Shown: one piece after another, positions 20,470-30,965 of the stretch
Layout of the letters: each line of letters starts with the position of its first letter
Position numbering within the stretch: the first letter of the stretch is position 1
Virus record (IMG/VR): IMGVR_UViG_3300036715_003254
Span: 32,001-96,000 of that record
From: a virus
Direction: 5' to 3' (one strand)
DNA: 64,000 nucleotides
Notes under the pieces: generated by a model
What the model was told of the DNA's origin: nothing
Seen by the model: the letters and a program-made list of their open reading frames with translations, nothing else
Database searches by the model: none
Translations under genes and position numbers: made by a program

Positions 20470-21348
20470 TTAATTCAAATTTATGGATGGAGCAGAAACA
20501 GAGAAAGCGCCTCCGGAATGAAAATTAGTTGCGCCTCCAGTTTTAAAAGACAAACTTCCGCCGATTTCAAATGAAACATTTCCGCCGATTTTTATCGTTT
20601 CTGAGCCGTGAGTTTCTCTTTTAATATCTGAATCAATAAATTCTATAGAATTCCCTGTTATATGAGTTTTCCTATCACCATTTACTATTTCATATGTATT
20701 ATTCAATGATTTAATGACAATTTTTCCATCAGGAAGCATTTCTATAAGTGAACCTGATTTATGGAAGATATGGATTCTTTCATTTCCTTCGGTATCATCT
20801 ATCTCAATAACGTGACCGCTTGAAGTTTCTAGAACTTTATTTTTTGTATATTTGCCTTTCTTATAATTATCATAAGGTTCTTCTACTTTATTATCTTGTT
20901 GTTTTTTAGCACAAGGAGTTTGGTCTTGTTTTTCTCCCCTAGCTAATCTATTATAGTCTGGTTCATTCAATCTTGAAAGAAGAGGATATTTGAGATCTTT
21001 ATCGCAGAATGATATTGTGTCTCTTTGTTTTCTAACGCCTGCTGTTACTCCAATTACTACAGGATGGTCGTGTTCTCCCGCATCAAAAAATACCCAAACA
21101 TAACAACCTTGTTCAGGAACAGAAGAAACGCCTATTCCTGAAATTAGTCCAAAATCTGGAGAAACCAAACATTCTGCCCAAGGAAGATTATCAACAGGAT
21201 TTACTTTAGGGTCTTCAGAGTGAATTCCGAAAATTCTTACCCTTACTCTTCCCATTTTTAATGGGTCTTGATTGTCTTCTACAACTCCTCTGTAAAAGAT
21301 CTGATTTCTACTTGAAAGGTCACTTGCTTGTTCTAGTGAATCTATCAT
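20470..21348 (-). CDS. gp5: Baseplate central spike gp5 (OB fold plus beta-helix; no lysozyme domain)
   Basis: GVVEDNQDPLKMGRVRVRIFGIH...LPWA; ETSSGHVIEIDDTEGNERIHIFHKSGS. Confidence 0.92.
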   Translation of the reverse strand: MIDSLEQASDLSSRNQIFYRGVVEDNQDPLKMGRVRVRIFGIHSEDPKVNPVDNLPWAECLVSPDFGLISGIGVSSVPEQGCYVWVFFDAGEHDHPVVIGVTAGVRKQRDTISFCDKDLKYPLLSRLNEPDYNRLARGEKQDQTPCAKKQQDNKVEEPYDNYKKGKYTKNKVLETSSGHVIEIDDTEGNERIHIFHKSGSLIEMLPDGKIVIKSLNNTYEIVNGDRKTHITGNSIEFIDSDIKRETHGSETIKIGGNVSFEIGGSLSFKTGGATNFHSGGAFSVSAPSINLN

Positions 21349-22493
21349 ATTCTATCCTTATAACCACTTCTAACTAATATTAATTTAATCATAAAAAGAT
21401 CTTGTGTTATGAACATATAAGAAACGCCTTTCACTAACCAATAACCAGCGATGTTTTGATCTGGTTTAAACGATTCTCCTCTGTCAGGTGTTTCTCTATG
21501 TATAGTTATCTTATCACCTATATCCGGAGAGTCAAATGTTCCAGGAATTAAAATTTCCATCATATTATTTTCATTAAAACTGTTAGCGAATGTATAACGG
21601 ACATCTTCTTCAACAGTTTTGATATGTTTATAAACAGATCTTTCTAAAAGATTTTTTGGGCTATAATCGATTTCCTTTTCTGTCAAAGTGTTCTGATCCT
21701 TTTCCATTAAATCTCTGGAATATAACCTAAACTGTTGTCTTAAATCAGTAATATCAATTGAAAAGATCTTTTGTTTAGGTGTCGTAAGAGGAGAGCTTCC
21801 TGCTCCCATTTTTATCACTTTAAATTCTTTTATTTGATATAGATAATACGGATTAAGGTGATGGAAAATATACGGATGTTCGAATTCCTTTGCGTCTTTA
21901 ATTATATTGTCGTATGACTTACAACAGATATTATCTCTAGTTTGATATACTTTCATATTGTATTTCTTAGCAAGTAGATTTAAACTAGCTATTAGAGGTT
22001 TATTACCTTGAACAGTATAATAATCTAGAGATTTAGCGTAATCATTTTCTATATAGTCTACACCTTTGTCTGAAACCATATATTCACTTAGAAGATCGCT
22101 AATTATATCTCCAGGTTTTTTATCTACAAATACTTCAGTATGAGTTTGACACATAAACTGATATGTGTCTTGATCCACAAATTCTATTTCTACTTCGTTT
22201 GTTTTATTTCCAACAGAATTTACTTTAGTTTTTATAGCGACGAAGGTTTCTTTATACTCTATATCTAGACAACATTTCGCTATAATATCTATCTTGTTAT
22301 TCTTATTAAGCGGAATAATCTCGACCAAGTTTTGAGTATCTACAAATTTCAAAACTCCGGATACATAAGAGTTATCAAGACTTCTGTTTATTTGAAGAGA
22401 AGTGATATAAACAGTCCCAATACTTCTCGCTTTATTGTCGTCAAATATTAGCGTGAAATGTTTAAGTTTCTGTTCATTTCTAGTATTAAACAT
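21345..22493 (-). CDS. Baseplate hub (gp27-like)
   Basis: Directly upstream of gp5; size and the C-terminal IPG...IGD...GYWLVKGVSY..F....L.R motif fit. Confidence 0.65.
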   Translation of the reverse strand: MFNTRNEQKLKHFTLIFDDNKARSIGTVYITSLQINRSLDNSYVSGVLKFVDTQNLVEIIPLNKNNKIDIIAKCCLDIEYKETFVAIKTKVNSVGNKTNEVEIEFVDQDTYQFMCQTHTEVFVDKKPGDIISDLLSEYMVSDKGVDYIENDYAKSLDYYTVQGNKPLIASLNLLAKKYNMKVYQTRDNICCKSYDNIIKDAKEFEHPYIFHHLNPYYLYQIKEFKVIKMGAGSSPLTTPKQKIFSIDITDLRQQFRLYSRDLMEKDQNTLTEKEIDYSPKNLLERSVYKHIKTVEEDVRYTFANSFNENNMMEILIPGTFDSPDIGDKITIHRETPDRGESFKPDQNIAGYWLVKGVSYMFITQDLFMIKLILVRSGYKDRI

Positions 22494-25006
22494 TAAATAA
22501 ATCTTTCAGTGAGAGTAATATTATTAGTACACGTAGCTAAACATCTTCTACTCATATATTTATTTGTTAAAGTAAATGTTGTTGGATTTACTAAAGTCTT
22601 ATCAAAATTAACATCAGTGATTGAATTCATCAAAATAGAAGCATCAACTGTTTGGTTATCAGCTTTATTGTATGTGTATGTGACATTATTAATATAGATA
22701 CTAAATGTTTCAGACGAAGTTGTGCTTGAAACCAAAGTCACAGTAATAACTTGATATTTCGGAATATAGTTATACTCAACATCAGCATAAGCAAGTTGCA
22801 TAGCTTGCGAAGTTTGATATGTAATTGAAATATTTTCAAGATTAGTAATTTTTGATGTAGTAGATGTTATAACGATTTTATTATCAATATTCGTAGCAGT
22901 TATAAATCTCCTCGCAAGTTCTGTTATGAAATAAGAAATATCGTCAACTATATTTCCACTATTATTTCTAATTATAACATCAAATCCATTCAATTCTAAA
23001 GAAAATGTTTTTGCAGAATCAATTAGAGAAAGAGTATATGCTGAATCTAGTGTTGTGAAGTTTGAAGCATTTGTGATGTTAAAGCTTGAGTCTTCTTTAA
23101 GAGATGTTAATTTATATTTAACAAGTTCTTTTAGTTTCACAAATACTATAGTATTTTTTGCTGATGTTCCACCACTTACCAAGACTCTTGAATCTGGAAG
23201 GAAAACCGTTTTATGTCCTGATGTCAAATCCGGAAGGTCATCTAACCGTTCAAATGTTATTGTTGTTCCATTAATTATTGCCAAATACTGTTCATTTACA
23301 GAAACACTGTCAGATACTTTGTAACCGCCGTTAAATAGAATTCTTCCATCTCCTAGTACAGTACTAGAATGTAGAAACTGAATATCAGCAGGCATATCAG
23401 AACCAGTAGACCAAGTAATTGTATTATTAGAGATTACACCGAAGGTTGTATTAGAGTAATATGTTGTCGTCACATTATTTCCAGAAACATCTTTTGAGAG
23501 TCCTCCAGAAATTAAAACTCTTCCATCAGGTAAAAGAACACAAGAATGTTGCTCTATTTTAATTTCTTTTCCTGAATTCCAAGTAATAGTATTACCAGAG
23601 ATTGTTCCGAATGTTGATTGATTATACGTTGTTGTTTGATTAGAAGAAGAATCTCCTGAGCCACCGGTGATTAATAATCTTCCATCAGAAAGTAATACTG
23701 TTGCGTGATTCACAATTACAGAATTGAATTTTGTTCCTTCTACCCAAGTAATTGTATTACCAGATATTGTTCCAAAGTATGTTTTATCGACAGCCGAACC
23801 GTTGTTAGAACCTCCAATAACTAGAATTCTCCCATCAGAAAGAAGCGTTGTTGTGTGATTATTAAGAGCCGCCGGAAGGTCTGTTCCTGAAACCCAGTTT
23901 ATTGTATTACCGGAAAATGTTCCAAAGTATGTTGTAGTTTGAGATGTAGAACCATCTAATCCACCTATAATTAGAATTCTATTATCGGAAAGAAGAGTAA
24001 CTGTGCTTCCAGGAAGAGTAGCTTTTGGATAGTCTGTTCCTGATACTGAAGTCAAACTCTTTTTTATATTTGAATCGAAAGTCGAAACTGAAACAAGACC
24101 GTTTAATGCTGATGTTATTTTATTCAAATGAGAAAAATAAGTTTCCGTTATAGAAGCCGTAATGGTTATTGTTGAATTATTAGAACTGTCTTTCGAGAAA
24201 CTGAAATTTATATCGCTATGTATATCAGTTTCATATACATTAAATTGTTTGTGAGAAATTTGATTAAAAGGATAATTACTCAAAACAATTGTATTTTGCG
24301 CAAAAGAATCGTAAGAAAGAGTTTTTTCTTCAAAATAAATTCCTATAATCGACACTATATCGTATACTGTTGTTATAGTTCCGTTCTCAGTTATAAGAAG
24401 ATCATATTCTCTGTGGATATTTTTGCTATCAATAGGAGTAGCTATAACAACAGTATGAATTTGATCATTTCCTTCTATAAATACAGGCTTATAATCTATG
24501 GATTCTGATTCTACGAAATTTTTAATATTTTTTCTTACGTCTTCATACATATAAATCATATAATTTTTCTTTAAGAATTTCAGATTTCTGTATGTTTCAT
24601 TTTCTTTTTCGACAATAGTATAAAAATAATCCCTCTTAGTTTGTATTTTTCTTTCGATTTCTTCTTCTGTCATACTTTGAGAAATAATCGGAAGGAAAGT
24701 TTCTTCCCATTTTTTAAGTAAGTCATCAACTCTTCTTTCTAGCACTCTTTGAGATTTAGGAAGATCGTAAATAGGACTGATATTATTTTCTAGGCATACA
24801 ATGTCCCACTCAACAGTTTCGCCGTAATAGAGGGAAGAAAGAAGATCTGGAGTAGCAGAATCTTCTACTTGCATAGTTTCGAAATATTCGTTGTTTATTT
24901 TATATTTTTCCGGAATATCTCTCATAGACTTCTCAGAAAGGTCATAAAGAGTAATATTTCTTTCTGGAAATGAGATCTCATTAAAATTTAATAGTGCATT
25001 TTTCAT
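22493..25006 (-). CDS. gp53-like baseplate wedge domain fused to a Kelch-type propeller
   Basis: N-terminal TPDLLSSLYYG...WDIVCLENNISPIYDLP (gp53/LysM-like); about six H...LL.DGRILI.GG repeats at ~23140-24040. Confidence 0.75.
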   Translation of the reverse strand: MKNALLNFNEISFPERNITLYDLSEKSMRDIPEKYKINNEYFETMQVEDSATPDLLSSLYYGETVEWDIVCLENNISPIYDLPKSQRVLERRVDDLLKKWEETFLPIISQSMTEEEIERKIQTKRDYFYTIVEKENETYRNLKFLKKNYMIYMYEDVRKNIKNFVESESIDYKPVFIEGNDQIHTVVIATPIDSKNIHREYDLLITENGTITTVYDIVSIIGIYFEEKTLSYDSFAQNTIVLSNYPFNQISHKQFNVYETDIHSDINFSFSKDSSNNSTITITASITETYFSHLNKITSALNGLVSVSTFDSNIKKSLTSVSGTDYPKATLPGSTVTLLSDNRILIIGGLDGSTSQTTTYFGTFSGNTINWVSGTDLPAALNNHTTTLLSDGRILVIGGSNNGSAVDKTYFGTISGNTITWVEGTKFNSVIVNHATVLLSDGRLLITGGSGDSSSNQTTTYNQSTFGTISGNTITWNSGKEIKIEQHSCVLLPDGRVLISGGLSKDVSGNNVTTTYYSNTTFGVISNNTITWSTGSDMPADIQFLHSSTVLGDGRILFNGGYKVSDSVSVNEQYLAIINGTTITFERLDDLPDLTSGHKTVFLPDSRVLVSGGTSAKNTIVFVKLKELVKYKLTSLKEDSSFNITNASNFTTLDSAYTLSLIDSAKTFSLELNGFDVIIRNNSGNIVDDISYFITELARRFITATNIDNKIVITSTTSKITNLENISITYQTSQAMQLAYADVEYNYIPKYQVITVTLVSSTTSSETFSIYINNVTYTYNKADNQTVDASILMNSITDVNFDKTLVNPTTFTLTNKYMSRRCLATCTNNITLTERFI

Positions 25007-26034
25007 TAATGTCTCACATTAGTGTCTGTTGATGCTGGAGTAGCGGTATTTGTAGGTGGTGTGCTGTTCGCTGTCTTAGTAGAAGTGGCTTGCTGCACAA
25101 TATTAGAACCAACAAAAGCAGATTCAAATCCTTTTGCAGAAGAAATACCTCCAGAGTTTTTACCGAAATATATTGGTGTAATTTCTGCAAGACTAATATC
25201 AAGTTTCATAGCTTTTGATCTCCAATTTTCAAAAAAAGTAGCCTTTCCTTCCAAAGGAGTATAATTCAAATGTATACTTGTTATTGCACATAGTCCAGGT
25301 TGGGCAATATTATTTAATACGCTGCCATCACTACCGAATGTAATTTTGAAAACTTTAGGCGATTCAAGAAATATTCCTGATGCTATTGGAAGAGCCGCAT
25401 CTTTCAGCATTGTTATTTGTTTTGAAAGCATATCAGATTCTTTTTGGTTTTTAGGATAGAAATAAGCCTGAATCCCCCAATCTCTTGGTTTGACACCGGC
25501 GAACTTCATTCTTGTAAATGGATTCACAATATTATCATTTGTTGCTGCAAGTAATGAGTTAGTTGCTTCTTGACCTGTTTGAGCAATTTGACCACCTAAA
25601 CCAGAAGCGATTTTAAATAGGTCTGTTTCTTGCCAATTGATATCTATTTTCTCAACTAGTTCTGTAGCTACTAGAAAAGTAAAATGCATTTCTCCTTTAA
25701 AATCAGCATCAGTAACATTTCTTGCATCTTTAAAAAAGAATGCGTGATCTATTTTTCCTGCACTTAAAGTGACCCTCAAAAGACCGTCTTGATTTTGTTT
25801 ACCAGATAGAGGAGACGGTGGTCTTTGAATAGCAGTTAAATCAGAAACTTGTAACCCGAGTTTTGAATTGGCAATGCTTGATTGTCTTGTTTTTGGCTGC
25901 GATTCCGGTTGTTGAGCAAATGAAGGAAGATCTCCTCTTGATATATTTGTTGGAGAAGTATCAACAGTATTATCTTTTGATATGAACGCCGACGGAGCAT
26001 CGAGCGCCATCTGAAAATACGGTGTAATATCCAT
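25006..26034 (-). CDS. Baseplate tail-tube cap (gp48-like)
   Basis: NPFTRMKFAGVKPRDW....F.PKNQKES...P..F.I...CAITSIHLNYTP...L...EI pattern. Confidence 0.75.
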   Translation of the reverse strand: MDITPYFQMALDAPSAFISKDNTVDTSPTNISRGDLPSFAQQPESQPKTRQSSIANSKLGLQVSDLTAIQRPPSPLSGKQNQDGLLRVTLSAGKIDHAFFFKDARNVTDADFKGEMHFTFLVATELVEKIDINWQETDLFKIASGLGGQIAQTGQEATNSLLAATNDNIVNPFTRMKFAGVKPRDWGIQAYFYPKNQKESDMLSKQITMLKDAALPIASGIFLESPKVFKITFGSDGSVLNNIAQPGLCAITSIHLNYTPLEGKATFFENWRSKAMKLDISLAEITPIYFGKNSGGISSAKGFESAFVGSNIVQQATSTKTANSTPPTNTATPASTDTNVRH

Positions 26035-26040
26035 TCAAAT

Positions 26041-29000
26041 TTATCCTTTTATGAAAAATTGTGTCAATAATCCCATTCTGTCAGCTTCAAAATCGTGAAG
26101 ACTTATATTGGTAGTTGTTACCTTTGATAGATCTTTGCTTGCTGGATTAGTCATAGCAAGATTACTTTGTTGTTGCGCTTCTTGATTTGGTTTATTTATT
26201 GCCATTTTTCCGGCTTCTCCAATTTTATTAACAGCGCTGCTAGTTGAACCTACAGGAGTAACTGTTGCTGGTGTCGCAGGAGCTTTAGGTGTGCTTGGAG
26301 AACTAGATGAAGGAGTCACCGAAGCACTTTTCTTAGCGCCTTCTGACGGATTTTTAACATTTGGTCTGTTTACACTTTCAACTTGTCTAGGATTTGGATC
26401 AGAAGAACTTCCTCCGCCACTGCTTACTTTAATTGGTGGTACAGGTTTCAAAGGAGGAGCAGCTTTAGCATTAACTCCCGCAGGTTGAATGTGCCACGCT
26501 TCAGGTAATCTAGGACTGTGAAGTAATGGTCTATCTATTCCCCATTTAGCTAGAAGACCGAGCCTATCAGCTTCATTAGCATCATTGGAGTTTATGTCCA
26601 TAGCAAGACCCTTTTCGTGAGCGGATCTTCCTGGAGGCGCCACTTTACCATTACCTTTCGGCGGATACTGTTTAACATTCTCGGCGTATAATTGTGCTTG
26701 TTTTACTGAATCCCTATATCCAGAGTTTACTTGAATATCTCTTCCTGTTGCTTTTTTAAAATCAGCTGCCATTCCTTGAAAGTTTTTAAAGAAAGCTGGA
26801 TTTACATTATCCAAATCTACGCCAGATTGTTTTTTGAAACCTAAACCACTTTTTATTTTGTCGATTGCTCCACTAATACCTGAGCCAATTGAACTAGCAA
26901 CAGAAGATACTGTATTTCCTACTTTGCTTGCGGCAGAAGAAACAAAATTTCCTACTTTGCCTGCTGTAGAAGAAATGAAGTTTCCTGCGGCACTTGCTGT
27001 AGAAGAAACAAAGTTTCCTACTTTACTTGCTGTGTTTGATACAACATTTGCTCCAGAAGAAAATAACTCGCCAACAGTATTAGAATTTGTTAATTTTGAA
27101 ACCCATCCTGGAAGAGGGATAGAAGTTATAGAATCAAATAATTTTCCTGGAAGTGAAGTGACAAAGTCTGCAACTGTCTTAATAAATTTTCCTGGAGCTT
27201 CTAAAAGAAGTTTTGTTAAACTTTGTATAGTAGTGCCAACAGTTTTAATAAAGTTCCAAACTTTTTTAATACCTGCGCCTATCGCAGATATACCTTTTTG
27301 AATCCAAGTAAATGGTGATGTTATTACATCTATTAATACTTTTGGAACTTCTTGCACTTTGTTCCAAATCCAAACAAAGGCATCGCCTATCGCAGTAAAA
27401 GTTTTCGTAAGCGTTGAATTTGGGTCAGACATCTTGTCTGAAAGCCAATCTCCAACACTATCACCTAGTTTTTTACCTAGATAACCTCCAACCATTGTTC
27501 CTATCGGACCAAAAAGAGAACCTAAAGCCGCGCCACCAGCTGCTCCAATAGCGGAAGCTCCTATTTTAGCTGTTTTTTGTCCTCTATTAAGATTCTTATC
27601 ATCTTTTACTTCTAAAAATCTGTCGATACCGCCCATAATACCAGCTAATGGACCTGCAACTTTCGGAGAACCTAGCTTTTTAATAAATTTCCAAGTTGAA
27701 GAAAGACCGGCCTTACCTTTATCTGCGATATTTTTTACTAGTGAACCAGTTTTATTAGCTACTTTTGAAAGACCTGCTTTTCCTTTTGAAACAGCATTTT
27801 TTGCGAATGAGCCGATTTTCTTAGCTACTTTAGTAAGTCCTCTTCTTGCAGCAGATAAAGATTTTCTTAAGAATGAACCGAATTTCTTGACTACTTTGAA
27901 AAGACCCTTAGCCATCCAGAGAAGACCTTTTAAAAGACCTTTAAGAAGTCCTAGAATACCTTTTTTCCATTTATCCATTCCGTGAGTTTTAAAGTTTTTA
28001 CTCTTATCTGTTTCAGCCTTAAATAAATTTGAAAATAGACCGCCTTTGGGTTTTGGAGCTTCTTTTACTGATTTTTTAGGAACTTTCTTATTAAATAAAC
28101 CACCAAATAAACCTTTTTTCTCTTTTTTATCCTCTTTTTGACCTTCTTTTTCGTCTTCTTTTCCGCCACGTCTTTTAGAACCGAAAAGACCTCCAACTGC
28201 GCCAATTAAACCTCCAACTGCACCCAATATTCCTTTAGAATAACCTGCTACTTCGTGAGTTTTAAAATTACCAGATTTATCTACCTCAGCCTTTGAACCA
28301 GACATAAAGGTCGGCTGTGTTGGCTGTGTTGATTTTTCTGATTCGACTTTAGGATTTGAATTTTGTCCTTTAGATTCAGAATCAGTGTTTTGTGTTTTTT
28401 CGCCTTTTTTTGGTTTGAAAAAACCTCTAACTGCATTAACTATTCCAGTAGAATGGCCAGCAACTTTATGAACTTTGGTGTTGTTCGATTTATCTACTTC
28501 AGCCCTTGGCAAAGTCATAAAATGTTGTGTTGGTCTAGCTACTTCGAAAGACTGTTTGGTTATTTCAGCCATTGATTTAGTTATTTCAACAGCCGGTTTA
28601 GTAATAAAATGTTGTACTGGTAAAACAGTAGAAGACTGTACTGGTCTAACAGTAGAAGACTGTACTGGTAAAACAGTAGAAGATGGTCTAATAGTAGAAG
28701 ACTGTACTGGTAAAACAGTAGAAGACGGTCTAGCCATAGAAGACTGTACTGGTAAAACAGTAGAAGACTGTACTGGTCTAACAGTAGAAGACGGTCTAGC
28801 CATAGAAGACTGTACTGGTAAAACAGTTTCAGTTGTCGGTCTAGTAGTAGAAGACTGTACTGGTCTAACAGTAGAAGACTGTACTGGTAAAACAGTTTCA
28901 GTTGTCGGTCTAGTAGTAGAAGACTGTACTGGTCTAACAGTAGAAGACGGTCTAGCCATAGAAGACTGTACTGGTCTAACAGTAGAAGACTGTACTGGTA

Positions 29001-30957
29001 AAACAGTAGAAGACTGTACTGGTCTAGCTATAGAAGACTGTACTGGTAAAACAGTAGAAGACTGTACTGGTCTAGCTATAGAAGACTGTACTGGTAAAAC
29101 AGTAGAAGATGGTCTAACAGTAGAAGACTGTACTGGTAAAACAGTAGAAGACTGTACTGGTAAAACAGTTTCAGTTGACGGCCTGTTTGTTTCTACTATT
29201 GACCTAGTAATAAAAGATGGTGTTGGTCTAACTATTCCAGATCTTATTCTAACTATTTCAGCTCTAACACTTTGTCTGTTTTCTCTAGCTCTTTGTCTAC
29301 TTTCTCTAGCTCTTTGTCTATTAGTTTCTGTTCTTTGTCTACGTGTTCTAGTTCTAGGTCTGCTTGTTTCAGTTTCTGGTCTGTCTGTTTCTGGACTATT
29401 AGTTTCCGTTCTTTGTCTACGTGTTCTAGTTCTAGGTCTGCTTGTTTCAGTTTCTGGTCTGTCTGTTTCAACTCTTGGTCTAGCTGTAGAAGATGTTGTT
29501 GACCTGCCTATTTCAGTATTAGAATTTGAAGCTTGTTCTCTAGACTCTGAAGTATTATTTAATGTATTTTCTACTCTTTGCGATCTGAAAAAACCACCAA
29601 GAAGACCTATCACTCCGGCTGAAGTGGCTTCAACTATTCCACGAACTCCTCTTGGACTATTTTCATTGTTGTTATTTTTTATTCCCGTCATAAAAGACGG
29701 TAGTTTCATTTCTTTTTTCGCTAAATCTTTTTCGTTTCCTTCTTTCTTCGTTTCTAGCTCACGAAGCTTTTCTTCTAACTTAGCAAGTTCTTTTTCGGCT
29801 TTTTTCTTTTCTTCTTCTCTTTTTTCTCTTTCGGCAGCCGCAGCTTCAGCGTCTCCTGAAATTTCATTTAGTCTATCTACTACTGTATCTCTACTTTCTT
29901 CAATTTCTTTAAGAACAGGATCTTTTCTTTTTTCTACAATTTGTTTTTTTATAGAATCGATTTCTTCATCTAGTTTAACTTGATCTTCAATCTTATTTCT
30001 AAGCCTTTCTTCATCTTCTCTATTCATAGAGAGTTTTCTGAAGAGACTGTAGTTAGCTTTTTCCTTGCTAACGAGAGCTTCTACAAGATTTTCTTTATAT
30101 TGGTTTTGAAAAACCTCTTGTTCTTTTAGTATTTGAGCTTTCTGTTCTTCAAGTTCCCTTTTTTCTTCTTCTGAAGCGCCTGCAAGTAGAATATCGATTC
30201 TCGCAAGTTGTTGATCTAATGATTTTTGATATTCGTCTTTTTGTGTTTTAAGGTCTTTTCTTAAGCCTTCTATATCAACCTGTTGTTTCTTTCCGAAGAT
30301 TTCATAATTTTTCTTCATCTCATAGGCAACACCAAGAATGCCTTTACTTTGAAAATCTGAGAATGAAGTTTTTACTATATTTCCAAAGGTTTTTCTATTT
30401 TGTTGAAGTTTTATTGAAAAGTCTGACTTTAAGTCAACAATTTCTGAAGCGAATTTTTTATATTGGTTACTAAAGCCTGATTCTTGTATTTGTTGAAGAG
30501 CAATTCTTTCTTTTCTAGCAATCATTTGCTCTTCACTCACCATAGTAATGATTTTGGCAAATTGACCGTTAGAATTTTTAGATAATTTTGAAAGTTTATC
30601 GGCTAGGCTTGTTCTGAAAGCTTGGGAAAGAGAAACACGACTTTTTTCAACAGCTTTGTTTAAGGCACTCAAACCCGATTCCATATTATCGAGTTTAGCG
30701 CCTAGAAAATCTAATTTCTTTTTTAAGCCTTTTACTTCTTTGATAGCTTTAAGAACTTCTTCTACATTATTCGGATCAAATAATCCATTCTTTACTTTTG
30801 AACTTATCTCATCAACTGATTTTCTAATAACATCGACTGCATTCCTAGTTTTGTCATCAAATGAATTATCTTTTACCTCATCAATTGATTCTGAAATGCC
30901 TTCTAGTTCTTTTTTTAACCTTTCTAGTTCTTTATTAAAATCAGTTGTTTCAGCCAT
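26041..30957 (-). CDS. Tape measure-like protein with a C-terminal M15-family peptidase domain
   Basis: Coiled-coil N-terminus, Gly/Ala-rich hydrophobic segment, periodic aromatic repeats; VNSGYR...QAQLY...APPGRSAHEKGLAMDI...EAWHIQ (SxH...D...ExWH zinc motif). Confidence 0.8.
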   Translation of the reverse strand: MAETTDFNKELERLKKELEGISESIDEVKDNSFDDKTRNAVDVIRKSVDEISSKVKNGLFDPNNVEEVLKAIKEVKGLKKKLDFLGAKLDNMESGLSALNKAVEKSRVSLSQAFRTSLADKLSKLSKNSNGQFAKIITMVSEEQMIARKERIALQQIQESGFSNQYKKFASEIVDLKSDFSIKLQQNRKTFGNIVKTSFSDFQSKGILGVAYEMKKNYEIFGKKQQVDIEGLRKDLKTQKDEYQKSLDQQLARIDILLAGASEEEKRELEEQKAQILKEQEVFQNQYKENLVEALVSKEKANYSLFRKLSMNREDEERLRNKIEDQVKLDEEIDSIKKQIVEKRKDPVLKEIEESRDTVVDRLNEISGDAEAAAAEREKREEEKKKAEKELAKLEEKLRELETKKEGNEKDLAKKEMKLPSFMTGIKNNNNENSPRGVRGIVEATSAGVIGLLGGFFRSQRVENTLNNTSESREQASNSNTEIGRSTTSSTARPRVETDRPETETSRPRTRTRRQRTETNSPETDRPETETSRPRTRTRRQRTETNRQRARESRQRARENRQSVRAEIVRIRSGIVRPTPSFITRSIVETNRPSTETVLPVQSSTVLPVQSSTVRPSSTVLPVQSSIARPVQSSTVLPVQSSIARPVQSSTVLPVQSSTVRPVQSSMARPSSTVRPVQSSTTRPTTETVLPVQSSTVRPVQSSTTRPTTETVLPVQSSMARPSSTVRPVQSSTVLPVQSSMARPSSTVLPVQSSTIRPSSTVLPVQSSTVRPVQSSTVLPVQHFITKPAVEITKSMAEITKQSFEVARPTQHFMTLPRAEVDKSNNTKVHKVAGHSTGIVNAVRGFFKPKKGEKTQNTDSESKGQNSNPKVESEKSTQPTQPTFMSGSKAEVDKSGNFKTHEVAGYSKGILGAVGGLIGAVGGLFGSKRRGGKEDEKEGQKEDKKEKKGLFGGLFNKKVPKKSVKEAPKPKGGLFSNLFKAETDKSKNFKTHGMDKWKKGILGLLKGLLKGLLWMAKGLFKVVKKFGSFLRKSLSAARRGLTKVAKKIGSFAKNAVSKGKAGLSKVANKTGSLVKNIADKGKAGLSSTWKFIKKLGSPKVAGPLAGIMGGIDRFLEVKDDKNLNRGQKTAKIGASAIGAAGGAALGSLFGPIGTMVGGYLGKKLGDSVGDWLSDKMSDPNSTLTKTFTAIGDAFVWIWNKVQEVPKVLIDVITSPFTWIQKGISAIGAGIKKVWNFIKTVGTTIQSLTKLLLEAPGKFIKTVADFVTSLPGKLFDSITSIPLPGWVSKLTNSNTVGELFSSGANVVSNTASKVGNFVSSTASAAGNFISSTAGKVGNFVSSAASKVGNTVSSVASSIGSGISGAIDKIKSGLGFKKQSGVDLDNVNPAFFKNFQGMAADFKKATGRDIQVNSGYRDSVKQAQLYAENVKQYPPKGNGKVAPPGRSAHEKGLAMDINSNDANEADRLGLLAKWGIDRPLLHSPRLPEAWHIQPAGVNAKAAPPLKPVPPIKVSSGGGSSSDPNPRQVESVNRPNVKNPSEGAKKSASVTPSSSSPSTPKAPATPATVTPVGSTSSAVNKIGEAGKMAINKPNQEAQQQSNLAMTNPASKDLSKVTTTNISLHDFEADRMGLLTQFFIKG
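28610..29180 (-). repeat. Coding minisatellite (~24-bp units, PVQSSTV[LR])
   Basis: About 20 copies of the AGAAGACTGTACTGG core with variant units. Confidence 0.9.
29322..29470 (-). repeat. 75-bp direct repeat (ETDRPETETSRPRTRTRRQRTETN, two copies)
   Basis: Visible in both DNA and protein. Confidence 0.85.
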
Positions 30958-30965
30958 TTTAAACC

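Noticed and set aside
28610-29180. Possible CRISPR array
   Set aside because: Units are contiguous and in frame with no unique spacers; it is a coding minisatellite.
28475-29983. 502-aa plus-strand ORF with VEDCTG repeats
   Set aside because: It is the antisense shadow of the tape measure minisatellite; the stop-free frame follows from the repeat, and there is no RBS or promoter support.
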